Assembly (NCBI GenBank): GCA_050747905.1
Contig: JBOGKQ010000001.1
Span: 122,661-186,660 of the forward strand
Length of the DNA stretch: 64,000 nt
From: Terriglobales bacterium
Lineage (GTDB): Bacteria; Acidobacteriota; Terriglobia; Terriglobales; SCQP01
Direction of reading: 5' to 3'
This document shows, piece by piece, positions 51,419 through 61,618 of the stretch. The first letter of the stretch is position 1. The number at the start of each line of letters is the position of its first letter. Made by a program: the position numbers and the translations under genes. The notes beneath the pieces are model-generated. The model had not been told where the DNA came from, ran no database searches, and saw only the letters and a list, made by a program, of their open reading frames with translations.

Positions 51419-52027
51419 TTGCAGCCGCTGTATCCGATCCTCGACGCTGAGGCAGCTGCAGCCCGAGGCCATGATCTGCTGGCGTGTGCGCGGGGGTTCG
51501 CCGCGCTGGGAATGGAGACTCAGCAGTTGCGGGCCAAGCGGCTTACGGACCGCGCGTTTCTTGAGCTGGCCGATCAGTTGATGGGCGTGGTCCCCAGGCT
51601 CATCATCAACGACCGCGCTGATATTGCCCTGTTGTGCGGGGCGGCGGGCGTGCATGTGGGTCAGGAAGATATGCCCGTTGAGGCGGTGCGGCGGCTGCAC
51701 CCCGGGTGGATGATTGGAGCTTCCACGCACTCGCTCGGACAACTCGCCGCGGCGCTGGCCCAAATGCCGGATTACGTCGCCGTGGGGCCAGTGTATGCGA
51801 CCGCCAGCAAGCTGCGGCCCGATCCGGTCGTGGGGCCCGAACTTGTGCGCCACGCGCGCACCATGACTTCCCTTCCCCTGGTGGCCATTGGCGGCCTTCA
51901 GGTGGCGAACTGCGCCGCGCTGTGGCAGGCTGGGGCGGATGCGGTAGCTGTCATTTCCGGACTGTGGGCTGCGGAGGATCCGCTCAGCGCCGCGAGCCAA
52001 TTCCTGCTTGCGTTCGCTCGGGTTTGA
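51419..52027 (+). CDS. thiE: Thiamine-phosphate synthase
   Basis: LYPILD...QLRAK...LIINDRADIAL..GAAGVHVGQEDMP...GASTHS...DYVAVGPVYAT.SK...PLVAIGG pattern. The start is uncertain (TTG 51419 or GTG 51386; no in-frame ATG). Confidence 0.75.
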   Translation: MQPLYPILDAEAAAARGHDLLACARGFAALGMETQQLRAKRLTDRAFLELADQLMGVVPRLIINDRADIALLCGAAGVHVGQEDMPVEAVRRLHPGWMIGASTHSLGQLAAALAQMPDYVAVGPVYATASKLRPDPVVGPELVRHARTMTSLPLVAIGGLQVANCAALWQAGADAVAVISGLWAAEDPLSAASQFLLAFARV

Positions 52028-52074
52028 TGCCATAGTCCCGTAGAAAGTAAGCCTCCCAGGGTACAAGCCCCCTC

Positions 52075-53574
52075 ATGGCCACGGATCGCGCCTCTCCCCA
52101 AACCGCCCCCGGCTCGGGCACCGTCAAAGCTCTTGGCCTGACCAGCGCCACCACGATCGTAATGGGCGTCATGATCGGGTCGGGCATTTTTGTGGTTTCG
52201 CCGCAGATTGCCCGCGAGGTGGGTTCGCCGGCGCTGTTGATGCTGGTCTGGGTTGTGACCGGCGTCATGACCCTGATCGGGGCGCTCTGCTACGGCGAGT
52301 TGGCGGCGGCTATGCCCCAGGCGGGCGGGCAGTATGTATACTTGCGCGAGGCGCTGGGACCGCTGTGGGGCTTTTTGTTCGGCTGGACGCTGTTTCTGGT
52401 GATCCAGACGGGTACGATCGCGGCGGTCTGCGTAGCCTTCGCAAAATATCTTGGGGTGATGTACCCGGGGACGATCACCGATACCCCCTTGGTACACATC
52501 GCCGGGCTGGGCATCAACCCCGAAGAACTGGTGGCGATCGCGGTGATTCTGTTCCTCACCTGGCTGAATACCCGCGGGGTGCGTTTGGGCGCGCTGGTGC
52601 AGAACGTGTTCACCTTCGCCAAAGTCGCCGCCCTCGTCGGGCTCATTCTGCTGGGTCTGGTGTTGGCGCGCAACGCCGCCGCGATAGCCGCCAACTTCGC
52701 CCACTTCGGGCATGACTTCTTCGCCGGCTTTTGGGGCCACGGCGCCTATAACCTGACGGGCGCCGCCCACGGCAAGCTGGTGTCTACCGCCACCATCGTG
52801 GCCGTGTTTGCGGCGCTGGTCGGGTCGCTGTTTTCCTCCGACGCCTGGAACAACGTCACCTACACCGCCGGCGAGATCCAAAACCCGCGTCGCAACCTGC
52901 CGCTCTCGCTCGCCATCGGCACGATTGCAGTGACCGCGTTGTACCTGCTCGCCAACCTGGCCTACCTGGCGGTGCTGCGCTTCCAAAACCTCGCCCATGC
53001 GCCCGAGGACCGCGTCGCCTCGGCCATGCTGGGCGTGCTCTACGGCCACGCGGGAGCCGTGCTGATCGCGGTGGCCATTCTGATCTCCACCTTCGGCTGC
53101 ACCAACGGCCTGATTCTCGCCGGTCCACGCGTTTTCCAGGCGATGGCTAAGGATGGATTGTTTTTCCGCAAGGCGGCGAAACTCAACGCCCTGCGCGTCC
53201 CCGCCACCGCGCTCTGGATCCAGGGCGTCTGGGCCTGCCTGCTCTGCCTGTCGGGCACCTACACGGATCTGCTGAATTACGTGATGTTTACCGAGTTCCT
53301 GTTCTACATTTTGACCATCAGCAGCCTCTTCGTGCTGCGCCAAAAACAGCCGGGCCTGGAACGGCCCTACAAGGTCATCGCCTATCCCTGGCTGCCCGCA
53401 CTGTATATACTGATGGCGGCGTTTTTCGCCGCCGTGGTGCTGTGGGTGTTTCCGCGCTATTCCGGCAGCGGCCTCATCCTGGTGCTGATCGGAGTGCCGG
53501 TATATTTCATCTGGCGAAGGCAGGGCAGGGGCGCTCCCCCCAATACCACCGCGCCGGCGGCTGAGCTAAGCTAG
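52075..53574 (+). CDS. APC-superfamily amino acid permease
   Basis: 499-aa, 12-TM profile with N-terminal LGLTSATTIVMGVMIGSGIFV. Confidence 0.8.
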   Translation: MATDRASPQTAPGSGTVKALGLTSATTIVMGVMIGSGIFVVSPQIAREVGSPALLMLVWVVTGVMTLIGALCYGELAAAMPQAGGQYVYLREALGPLWGFLFGWTLFLVIQTGTIAAVCVAFAKYLGVMYPGTITDTPLVHIAGLGINPEELVAIAVILFLTWLNTRGVRLGALVQNVFTFAKVAALVGLILLGLVLARNAAAIAANFAHFGHDFFAGFWGHGAYNLTGAAHGKLVSTATIVAVFAALVGSLFSSDAWNNVTYTAGEIQNPRRNLPLSLAIGTIAVTALYLLANLAYLAVLRFQNLAHAPEDRVASAMLGVLYGHAGAVLIAVAILISTFGCTNGLILAGPRVFQAMAKDGLFFRKAAKLNALRVPATALWIQGVWACLLCLSGTYTDLLNYVMFTEFLFYILTISSLFVLRQKQPGLERPYKVIAYPWLPALYILMAAFFAAVVLWVFPRYSGSGLILVLIGVPVYFIWRRQGRGAPPNTTAPAAELS

Positions 53575-53585
53575 GGACAAAGTTT

Positions 53586-55133
53586 ATGAGCCTCAACCTT
53601 CTTGCACGCAAAGACGTTCACGCCATGCTGGCGGAAACGGAAGGCGAAAAAAGCGGCCTCAAGCGTACGCTCGGCCCCCTCAACCTGGTCACCTTGGGCA
53701 TCGGGGCCATCATCGGCACCGGCATTTTTGTGCTGGTGGGACCCGCGGCGGCGATCTATGCCGGTCCGGCCGTGATTTTGAGCTTTATCGTCGCAGCCAT
53801 TGCCAGCGCCTTTGCCGGCATCTGCTACGCCGAGTTTGCCGCCGCCATTCCGATTGCCGGCAGCGCCTACAGTTACGGTTACACTTCGCTGGGCGAAATC
53901 GTGGCCTGGATCATCGGCTGGGCGCTGATCATGGAGTACGCCTTCGGGGCAGCCACGGTGGCGGTGGGATGGTCGGGCTACATCAACAGCCTGCTGCACA
54001 GCCTTGGCTTGAGCCTGCCCCCCACGCTTTCCGCGGCGCGCGGTGTCGAGCTGGTGAAATACCAAGGCTACTGGCAGGCAGTCACCTCGCTCAAACACAC
54101 TCCGGCGGCCGTTCTCGCCACCCTGCCGCACGCGGTGGGCGCATTCAACATCCTGGCGTTTTTTGGCATTCTGATGGTCACGGCAATCCTCATCATCGGC
54201 ATTTCCGAATCCGCCAACATCAATACCGCCATTGTGATAATCAAGGTTTCGGTGCTGCTCGTGTTCGTGGGCATCGCGATTATGTTTTTGGATGGGCGCG
54301 GGTGGGCGCATGCGGTGCACAACTGGACCACACCCTCGTTCATGCCCTTTGGATGGTCGGGCGTGTTCAAGGGCGCGGCATTCATCTTTTTCGCCTATAT
54401 CGGATTTGACGCCGTATCCACGGCGGCGCAGGAAGCCAAAAAGCCCCAGAAGGACATGCCCGTGGGCATTCTCGGTTCGCTGGTGATCTGCACCGTTCTT
54501 TATATTCTGGTTGGCGGGTTGCTGACCGGTATCGTGCCCTGGGACACGCTCAATGTGCCGGATCCGGTAACGCTCGGCGTGCGAGCGACCGGGGTGGTCT
54601 GGGGCAGCATCCTGGTGGATGTGGGCGCCATCTGCGGTTTGTCCTCGACCATGCTGGTGATGTTGCTGGGCCAGTCGCGCGTGTTCTATACCATGTCGAG
54701 CGACGGGCTGCTGTTCCGGTGGGCGGGTAAAATTCACAAGAAGTTCCACACGCCTTACGTCTCGTCACTGGTCGTGGGCATTGCGGTGGCCATCGTGGCT
54801 TCGATTTTCCCGGTGGATGTACTTGGGGATTTGACCAACATCGGCACGCTCACTGCCTTCGCCATCGTCTGCGCCAGCGTGTGGGCGATGCGGAAGCGTG
54901 AGCCGGATTTGAACCGGCCGTTCCGCACTCCCTGGGTGCCGGCGGTGCCGATCATCGGCGTGCTGGTCTCGGTGGGTTTGATCTGGGAACTGACGACGCT
55001 GACCAAGGAGGCGTTCTTGATCTGGCTGGCAGTTGGACTGCTGATCTACTTCTTCTACGGGCGCAAGCACAGCGAAGTGCAGCAGGCTCTGCACCGGGCC
55101 ACCCGCAAAGTTCCGGGCGCCGTGGGCCGCTAG
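53586..55133 (+). CDS. APC-superfamily amino acid permease (cationic amino acid transporter-like, 14-TM length)
   Basis: 515 aa with LGPLNLVTLGIGAIIGTGIFVL and an extended C-terminal helix pair as in the CAT subfamily. Confidence 0.8.
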   Translation: MSLNLLARKDVHAMLAETEGEKSGLKRTLGPLNLVTLGIGAIIGTGIFVLVGPAAAIYAGPAVILSFIVAAIASAFAGICYAEFAAAIPIAGSAYSYGYTSLGEIVAWIIGWALIMEYAFGAATVAVGWSGYINSLLHSLGLSLPPTLSAARGVELVKYQGYWQAVTSLKHTPAAVLATLPHAVGAFNILAFFGILMVTAILIIGISESANINTAIVIIKVSVLLVFVGIAIMFLDGRGWAHAVHNWTTPSFMPFGWSGVFKGAAFIFFAYIGFDAVSTAAQEAKKPQKDMPVGILGSLVICTVLYILVGGLLTGIVPWDTLNVPDPVTLGVRATGVVWGSILVDVGAICGLSSTMLVMLLGQSRVFYTMSSDGLLFRWAGKIHKKFHTPYVSSLVVGIAVAIVASIFPVDVLGDLTNIGTLTAFAIVCASVWAMRKREPDLNRPFRTPWVPAVPIIGVLVSVGLIWELTTLTKEAFLIWLAVGLLIYFFYGRKHSEVQQALHRATRKVPGAVGR

Positions 55134-55304
55134 AAAAGCCGCCCGCGCACCCGCACTCTGGCTGCACCTTCGCTAATTTGGCTCTGATTTGACGGCGAGA
55201 CCACGGCGGTGCAGACTAATCTCATGTTCTGTGATGCCGTCATCCGCGATGCCTCCAAGCCCGGACGGCGGGAAAATGGCGTGGAAGCATCCGCGTCGCC
55301 GCTG

Positions 55305-55793
55305 ATGGCGCATTCGTTCGACCGGCGTTCGCTGCTGTGCGAACTGCGTGCCAAAGGAGTGCGGCTGACGGCCCAGCGGCGGGCGGTGGTGGAAGTGATC
55401 CAGGAAGCCAACGAGCACTTGGATGCGGGCGCGCTGTTGCAGCGGGCGCGGGCGCGCGGCGTGAACGTGGACCGCGCCACCGTGTACCGGACCGTCGAGC
55501 TGCTGAAAAAGCACCAGTTGGTGGATGAGCTCGATCTCATGCATCTGCAAGGCGAGAAGCACTACTACGAGGCGCGCACCCGCGGCGACCATGTGCACTT
55601 GGCGTGCCTGGTTTGCGGACGCATTCTGGAATGTGCCACGCCGCTGCTCGATTGGCTGAAACTGGAGCTGGCCACGCGCAGCGGCTTCGAGCTGAAAGTG
55701 ACGCGCTTGGAAGTGGGCGGCTACTGCGCCCAGTGCCGCGCCGCGCACCCTCCTCCGGCTGAGTGGCCGGAACCTGCCGCGGCGCATTCCTGA
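55305..55793 (+). CDS. Fur-family metalloregulator
   Basis: ATG at 55305 gives ...LRAKGVRLTAQRRAVVEVI (wHTH), DRATVYRTVELL, DHVHLACLVCGRILE and GGYCAQC (two CxxC pairs). The subtype (Fur/Zur/PerR) is not resolvable by eye. Confidence 0.8.
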   Translation: MAHSFDRRSLLCELRAKGVRLTAQRRAVVEVIQEANEHLDAGALLQRARARGVNVDRATVYRTVELLKKHQLVDELDLMHLQGEKHYYEARTRGDHVHLACLVCGRILECATPLLDWLKLELATRSGFELKVTRLEVGGYCAQCRAAHPPPAEWPEPAAAHS

Positions 55794-55840
55794 ACCCACC
55801 CTCCCACTCGCGGCTGCGGCTATCCTAAGCTAGACCTCAA

Positions 55841-57934
55841 GTGCCTACGGAGAACCAGACGGGGCCGCCGATAGCTTCGGCGGCGCACGCGCGCGCGCGC
55901 ACCAGCCGCCTATGGGCACAACTGCGCCGCTCGGCCCTGTTGAAGGTTACGGCGGGCCTGGGGCTGATCACGCTCATCTTGGGCATCCCCGGATTTTGGG
56001 GCCATGCCACCCTGGGGGGATTTGACCTGTTCCGGGGGTCTTTCTCGATTGCGCTGTTTCTGCTGCTGATCCGCGTGGTGGTTCTGCTGGCCGCGGAGAC
56101 GCTATGGCTGCTGCGCAACCGGCTCATTCTTGCCTATGTGTTTATGGGCGTGGTGCCGGTGCTGCTCATCGCAGGCATGCTGGGCATCGGCGCCTATATG
56201 TTTTATGGCCAGTACGCCAGCTACCTGCTCACAAACGAACTCAACAACCACATCCACAACGTGGGTGCGGTGAACACGTTGACGGTGCACGAGCTGGACC
56301 TGCACCCGGACCGGGTCGAGGATGGGCCGGGTCTGAGCCGCTACTACGCCAGCTATTATTTTCCGCGCGGGTTTGGCGGGGTGCGGTCGTTTTTCTATCG
56401 CGGCGGCAAACCGGTGACGCCGGCCTCGGAGCGGTTCGGGACGCCGCCCGCATGGCTCAAGCCGGGTTTCGTAGGTCTGATTACACGCAACCACCGCTAC
56501 GCCATCGCCAGCTATGGCGTGACCACCGAGCGCCTGCAGCCGGAGCAGGTGCTGACGCTGTATGCGCTCTCCCCGCACAATCTCGACACGCTGTCGCAAT
56601 CGCTGGGTCGGGTGTCGCTGGGCCTGGGCTTTGGCAGCACAAACGGGAGCGTCAACCCCAACGGCACCCCGGCGCTGAACAGCCAGCAACCGCTGCCGGC
56701 GGCAAGCAGCATGTTCGATATCAGCATCAGCAGCTTCGCCTTCATTCCGATCAGCAACTGGGAAACCGGCAGTACCAGCCCTCCCTTGATCGCCACCATT
56801 ACTACGCGGCCGTCGCTGCTGAACGACCAACTCTTCGCCAGCTTGCAGGGGAGTACGGCCCCGACCGAAGGCACACGCTGGCCGCTCGTGGTGCTGGGGG
56901 TGGTGGCGATCGGCTTTTTGATCATCGAGTTTTTTTCGCTGGTGGCAGGCATCCGCATGACCCGCGCCATTACCGGTGCGGTCAACGACCTGTATGTGGG
57001 CACCGAGCACGTCAACCGCGGCCGGTTCGACTACCGCATCCCGGTGCGGACGCGGGACCAGCTGGCGGCGCTGGCGCACAGTTTCAACACTATGACCGCC
57101 TCCATCGAACGCTTGCTGGCCGAGCAGCGCCAGAAGCAGAATCTGGAAAACGAACTGGCGATCGCGCACGAAGTGCAGACGCAGTTGTTTCCGCGCATGC
57201 GGCCGCGGGTGGCGGGGCTGGAAATCGCAGGGCGGTGTCTGCCGGCGCGGGTGGTGAGCGGCGATTACTACGACTTTCAGCAGTTGAGCCCGACCAGCCT
57301 CAGCCTGGCGCTGGGCGACATTTCCGGCAAGGGGATTTCGGCGGCGCTCCTGATGGCCACGATTGTCAGCGCCGTCCGCGCCTACCAGCCCACGCTGGCG
57401 GATCGGGTGGTGGGGGTGGCGGCAGGCGGGGGCGGAGGAGAAGTCAACCCCGGCGCCGGCGGCGAGGTGGACCCGGTGCGGCTGCTGCAGCGGCTTAACT
57501 ACCAGCTTTATCATTCCACACCGCCGGAAAAGTACGTGACCTTGTTCTATGCCGTCTACGACAGCGAGCGGCGCGAGCTGCGCTACACTAACGCCGGGCA
57601 CCTGCCGCCGGCGGTCGTCGGAGCGCGCGGGGTGCGGCGGCTGGAGCGCGGCGGGATGGTGGCGGGGCTGTTCGAGGACGTGAGTTTCGAGCTCGGGCGA
57701 TTGCAGCTTGAAGCCGGAGATTTACTGGCCGCGTGGAGCGACGGCGTCACCGAGCCCGAGAACGAATACGGGGTGGAGTTCGGCGAGGCGCGCCTGCTGC
57801 AGATGCTGGAGCTGCACCGCGAGCAGCCGCTGCAAGAGATTCTGGACACGGTGCTGAGCGCGGTGCTGGACTGGAGCGGCACCAGCGCGCAGGCGGACGA
57901 TATTACCCTGGTGCTGGCGCGGGTGGCCGAGTAG
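55841..57934 (+). CDS. Membrane sensor PP2C/SpoIIE phosphatase with large extracytoplasmic domain and HAMP linker
   Basis: GTG start. TM helices flank a ~230-aa loop, followed by a HAMP-like segment (RMTRAITGAVNDLYVGTEHVNRGRFDYRIPVRTRDQLAALAHSFNTM), a coiled coil and a PPM core (VSGDYYDF...LGDISGKGISAALLMA...NAGHLPP...WSDGVTE...DDITLVL). Confidence 0.8.
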   Translation: MPTENQTGPPIASAAHARARTSRLWAQLRRSALLKVTAGLGLITLILGIPGFWGHATLGGFDLFRGSFSIALFLLLIRVVVLLAAETLWLLRNRLILAYVFMGVVPVLLIAGMLGIGAYMFYGQYASYLLTNELNNHIHNVGAVNTLTVHELDLHPDRVEDGPGLSRYYASYYFPRGFGGVRSFFYRGGKPVTPASERFGTPPAWLKPGFVGLITRNHRYAIASYGVTTERLQPEQVLTLYALSPHNLDTLSQSLGRVSLGLGFGSTNGSVNPNGTPALNSQQPLPAASSMFDISISSFAFIPISNWETGSTSPPLIATITTRPSLLNDQLFASLQGSTAPTEGTRWPLVVLGVVAIGFLIIEFFSLVAGIRMTRAITGAVNDLYVGTEHVNRGRFDYRIPVRTRDQLAALAHSFNTMTASIERLLAEQRQKQNLENELAIAHEVQTQLFPRMRPRVAGLEIAGRCLPARVVSGDYYDFQQLSPTSLSLALGDISGKGISAALLMATIVSAVRAYQPTLADRVVGVAAGGGGGEVNPGAGGEVDPVRLLQRLNYQLYHSTPPEKYVTLFYAVYDSERRELRYTNAGHLPPAVVGARGVRRLERGGMVAGLFEDVSFELGRLQLEAGDLLAAWSDGVTEPENEYGVEFGEARLLQMLELHREQPLQEILDTVLSAVLDWSGTSAQADDITLVLARVAE

Positions 57935-57968
57935 AACTGGCTTAACGGGCGCTCGAATGCTCCCGCCG

Positions 57969-58127
57969 TCATTCCGCATCAGGCTCACGACGGAGATCGC
58001 GCTTGTGCTTTTCAGGCTTGCGGCGGACTTCGACCACCACGGCCGGAACTGTACCGATGTCGGCGCGAGCCATCGTCTTGACGAGTTTGACAGCCGTGAG
58101 TGGGCGCGGGCTCTTGCGCTTCGCCAT
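57969..58127 (-). CDS. Candidate small basic protein (52 aa), hypothetical
   Basis: ATG at 58127 to TGA at 57969-57971: MAKRKSPRPLTAVKLVKTMARADIGTVPAVVVEVRRKPEKHKRDLRREPDAE. Below the track length cut-off. GC3-biased codons, with a GAGG-like sequence ~12 nt upstream. No homology recognised. Confidence 0.3.
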   Translation of the reverse strand: MAKRKSPRPLTAVKLVKTMARADIGTVPAVVVEVRRKPEKHKRDLRREPDAE

Positions 58128-58172
58128 GAACTACTAGTCGCCTCGTGGTGGTAAAGATCCTATTTTAGAAGA

Positions 58173-61004
58173 ATGCGCAACCTTGGGTGGCTATGGATGC
58201 TTTTGGCGGCGGTGGCCTGTGGACAAGCGGCCACTGGAACGATTTCGGGCGTAGTTCTGGACCCGCAGCACAAGGCCGTTCCGAACGCCACCGTCACCGT
58301 CGTCGGCAATGACATCGGCGGCGCGCGGCTGCTGCACACCCAAGCCGATGGCACCTTCGCCGCGGCGCAGTTGGTGGCGGACGGCTATGCCGTGCAGGCC
58401 AGCGCGCCGGGGCTGAAGATGGCGCGGCCGCAGCGGGTCACCGTGGGCGTGGGCAGCAGCGTGAGCGTCACGCTGGTACTGCAGGTGGTGCAGGCCGGGC
58501 AAGAGGTGACGGTGACGGGGCGGGCGGCGCTGGTGGAGGGGCAAACGGCGGCGCCGGGAGTGGATAAAAGGAGTCCGCAGGTGACCAATGCGGTGGCGGG
58601 ATTGAAGGTGACCTACATGCCCAACCGCTCACGTGAGTTTGGCGAGTTCGGGATGCTGTCAGCCGACAGCGCCGACACCGACCAGGGACTGTCGGTCAGC
58701 GGGCAGAGACCGGCAGCGACCAAGGTGGAAGTGGACGGATTTAATTTCGATGATCCGCTGGAAGGTGGCGTGCGCGGCGCCAAAGATGGCGGTCCGTTTT
58801 TTCCCCAGACGGCGGTGCAGGAAATGTCGCTGGTCCACGCCGGCGCCGCTGCCGATGTGGGCGGCACCAACGGCGGATTCCTGAACGTGGCCACCAAGCC
58901 CGGACGGACGCGGCTGCAAGGGGAGGAGTTCGCCGTGCTGCGTCCGCGGGAGTGGTCGGGCAACGACGCTTTCGGGCATTCGCTCAACAACACCGTTATG
59001 GATTTCGGGCTGGGGATCGGGTACCACCTGATCCCGAAAAAACTGTACTACTACTTCGGCGTGGAGCACGACGAGGCGGATGTGCCCTATTACACCGAGT
59101 TTCAGCCGCAGGCGCCGGCAACCGCGATCCCGGCCAACCTGGTGGCACAGCAGGTCGAAACCGTCGGCCACAACACGCCCACGGCGGCCTCGCTGCGCGT
59201 GGACTTCGACCTGAACGCGCACACCGTGCTGACGCTGCAGGAGAACTTCAATTACGTGCGCTTCAGCAACTACGATCCGGGCTCGACGCAGGTGTGGACC
59301 GCCGCCAGCGCCGGCATGTCGCTGGCCGGGCAGAGCGACTGGACACGCATGAACCTGACCTCGACCCTGGGCGGGGTGGTGAACCAGGTGATGGCGCAAT
59401 GGGCGGGCGACCGGCGCGACTTCATGCCCACGAGCAGCGCGCCCGAGGTTTCCATCAACGGCTTTGGCGTGCTTGGCGGCGGGGCGCTGGCGGAAAACCG
59501 CTACGTTTCCGGCCAGCGCGGCGCGAGCGATGAGGCCACGCTGAGCTGGCACGCACACCTGATCAACTTCGGGGGGGGCTGGTCCGAAGATCCGGGCAGC
59601 GCGTTCGAGCAGGCCAACCTCAACGGACTCTATGCGTACAACTCGCTCAGCGATTATCTAGCGGGCAATCCGTACCGTTTCCAGCAGACGTTTGCGGCGT
59701 CGCCGGGTGCGCTGCTCTACCAAGGCACCGAGAGGCGCGGCGACTTCTTCATCAACGACCGCTACCCGCTCACGGAGGCGCTGGCGCTGACGGCGGGGCT
59801 GCGCTGGGATGGACAGTGGAACCCACAGCCGGCCTCTCCCAACGCCGCCATCCCCGGAACGAGCGTGGTTCCCGACGACCTGCGGCAGTGGCAGCCTCGG
59901 CTGGGGCTGGCGTGGAACCCCGAACCCAGTACGGTGGTGCGGGTGTCGGCGGGACTGTATGACGCGCCCACGCCGGCCTCGTATTTCAACCGTCTGTTCA
60001 CCGACAATGGTATCAACGCAGTGGTCGCCGACAGCGTGTTCGATCCCGCGCTGCTGACTCTGGCGGCGGGTGGCAATGGCCTGCCGGCGCCGCCGCCGAG
60101 TCTCACCCCACCCGCGGCGCTGGCGGTGGGCATCGCGTCTGGTTTCCGCAACCCACGCTCGTTCCAAACCGCCGCCAGCTTGCAACAGCAGTTGGGCAAG
60201 CGCATCAACATCACTACCGGTTATACCCACAACAGCACCTGGAACCTGGAGCGCACGGTCGAGGCCAATCTCAATCCGCCCTCGCTGGACGCCAACGGGA
60301 TGCCGATCTTCCCCGCCGCGCGGCCGCTGCCCGGCGTGGGGCAACTGCTGCGCTTTGACTCCGGCGCGCACTCGCGCTACGACGGCTGGGCCACGACGGC
60401 CTCGTTCGCGGGGCCCTACAGCCTGGGACTGACCGCCAACTACACGTGGGCGCGCACCCTGGACGATGCCAGCCAGCAGGGCCCCTTCGGCATGGTCACC
60501 GCGCTGGATCCGTTAGACCTGCGGCTCGAGGCCGGTTACGCCAACCAGGACGTGCGCAACAGTTTCAACATCAGCGGCACCGACCGGCTGCCGCTGGGGT
60601 TCAAGATCAACCCCGTCTTCATGGCGCGGTCGGGGCTGCCCTACACGCCCATCATCGGCTTCGACACCCAGAACGATGGCAACGATTTCAACGACCGCGC
60701 GATCCTCAACGGCCAGGTCGCAGGGCGGAATTCGCTGCGGCAACCGCCGATGGTTGACCTCGATATCCGTTTCGTGAAGGACTTCACCCTGAAGCGCAAC
60801 CCGGGACGGCATCTGGACTTGTTCCTCGACGTGTTCAACATCACCAACCACGGCAATCGCGAGTTCGGGCCGGAGGCGGTGGGCTATTACGGAAACGCGG
60901 CGAACCCGGTGTTTGCGGCGGGCCTGCCGCTGTTTGCGCCTTCGACCAGCGCGTTTGGCGGATCGCGGACGATTCAGTTCACGGCGCGGATGGTGGAATT
61001 CTAG
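58173..61004 (+). CDS. TonB-dependent-receptor-like outer-membrane beta-barrel with N-terminal carboxypeptidase-regulatory-like domain
   Basis: Signal peptide MRNLGWLWMLLAAVACGQA, CarboxypepD_reg-like GTISGVVLDPQHKAVPNATVTVV...DGTF, a plug-like region and a long beta-rich body ending in the aromatic ...FTARMVEF. Confidence 0.8.
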   Translation: MRNLGWLWMLLAAVACGQAATGTISGVVLDPQHKAVPNATVTVVGNDIGGARLLHTQADGTFAAAQLVADGYAVQASAPGLKMARPQRVTVGVGSSVSVTLVLQVVQAGQEVTVTGRAALVEGQTAAPGVDKRSPQVTNAVAGLKVTYMPNRSREFGEFGMLSADSADTDQGLSVSGQRPAATKVEVDGFNFDDPLEGGVRGAKDGGPFFPQTAVQEMSLVHAGAAADVGGTNGGFLNVATKPGRTRLQGEEFAVLRPREWSGNDAFGHSLNNTVMDFGLGIGYHLIPKKLYYYFGVEHDEADVPYYTEFQPQAPATAIPANLVAQQVETVGHNTPTAASLRVDFDLNAHTVLTLQENFNYVRFSNYDPGSTQVWTAASAGMSLAGQSDWTRMNLTSTLGGVVNQVMAQWAGDRRDFMPTSSAPEVSINGFGVLGGGALAENRYVSGQRGASDEATLSWHAHLINFGGGWSEDPGSAFEQANLNGLYAYNSLSDYLAGNPYRFQQTFAASPGALLYQGTERRGDFFINDRYPLTEALALTAGLRWDGQWNPQPASPNAAIPGTSVVPDDLRQWQPRLGLAWNPEPSTVVRVSAGLYDAPTPASYFNRLFTDNGINAVVADSVFDPALLTLAAGGNGLPAPPPSLTPPAALAVGIASGFRNPRSFQTAASLQQQLGKRINITTGYTHNSTWNLERTVEANLNPPSLDANGMPIFPAARPLPGVGQLLRFDSGAHSRYDGWATTASFAGPYSLGLTANYTWARTLDDASQQGPFGMVTALDPLDLRLEAGYANQDVRNSFNISGTDRLPLGFKINPVFMARSGLPYTPIIGFDTQNDGNDFNDRAILNGQVAGRNSLRQPPMVDLDIRFVKDFTLKRNPGRHLDLFLDVFNITNHGNREFGPEAVGYYGNAANPVFAAGLPLFAPSTSAFGGSRTIQFTARMVEF

Positions 61005-61048
61005 CGAAAGTCGAAAAAGCCACACAAAGTAGCATAGGCAGCCAGCGG

Positions 61049-61618
61049 CTATTGGCGGGGCCGGGCAGCGGCGAGGTCGCACCAGATGCGCCAGACAAGC
61101 TCCAGGGGCAGGCCGACTACGTTCGAGTAGCTGCCTTCGATGCGGGGGATGAAGCAGGCGGCGCGGCCCTGGATGGCGTAGGCGCCGGCTTTGCCGTGGG
61201 GCTCGCCGCTGGCCATGTAGTCGTCAATTTCAGCGGGGGTGAGCGGGGCAAAAACTACGCGGGTGGTTTCGACTGCGGCGGCCTCGCGCGCGCCCTGGCG
61301 GAGGCAGACGCCGGTGAGCACGTGGTGTGCGCGCCCTGACAAGCGCGTGAGCATGACCCGGGCGTGGGCATCGTCGCGTGGTTTGCCTAGCAAGTCGCCG
61401 TCCAGCTCGACGATGGTGTCGGCGCCAAGCACAACCTCCGCGGTGGAAATCGCGGCCGCTTTGGCGCGCGCCAGACGGAGCACGTGATCCGCGGCGGGTT
61501 CATCCGGCAGCGGGGTTTCATCCACATTGGCTGGGCGCACCATGACTTTCCAGCCAGCTGATTCGAGCAGCTCGCGGCGGCGGGGCGAGGCTGAGGCCAG
61601 CACCAGTTCCCGCGTCAC
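61049..61618 (-). CDS. maf: Maf-family nucleoside triphosphate pyrophosphatase (septum formation inhibitor-like)
   Basis: A GTG start overlaps the upstream stop (GTGA). LVLASASPRRRELL, GADTIV..DG...GKP and GAYAIQG motifs. Confidence 0.85.
   Translation of the reverse strand: MTRELVLASASPRRRELLESAGWKVMVRPANVDETPLPDEPAADHVLRLARAKAAAISTAEVVLGADTIVELDGDLLGKPRDDAHARVMLTRLSGRAHHVLTGVCLRQGAREAAAVETTRVVFAPLTPAEIDDYMASGEPHGKAGAYAIQGRAACFIPRIEGSYSNVVGLPLELVWRIWCDLAAARPRQ

Noticed and set aside
55134-55304. Fur/Zur/PerR operator (19-bp AT-rich palindrome) upstream of the fur-family gene, and likewise upstream of the receptor gene at 58128-58172
   Set aside because: There is no convincing GATAATGATAATCATTATC-like or TTATAAT-n-ATTATAA-like palindrome. 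Only short AT patches (gactaatctcatgttctgtgat) are present.
57957-58154. 65-aa + strand ORF between the PP2C sensor and receptor genes
   Set aside because: It starts at a non-ATG codon with an implausible sequence (ends ...LLVASWW). The opposite-strand 52-codon ATG ORF is the (weakly) better candidate.
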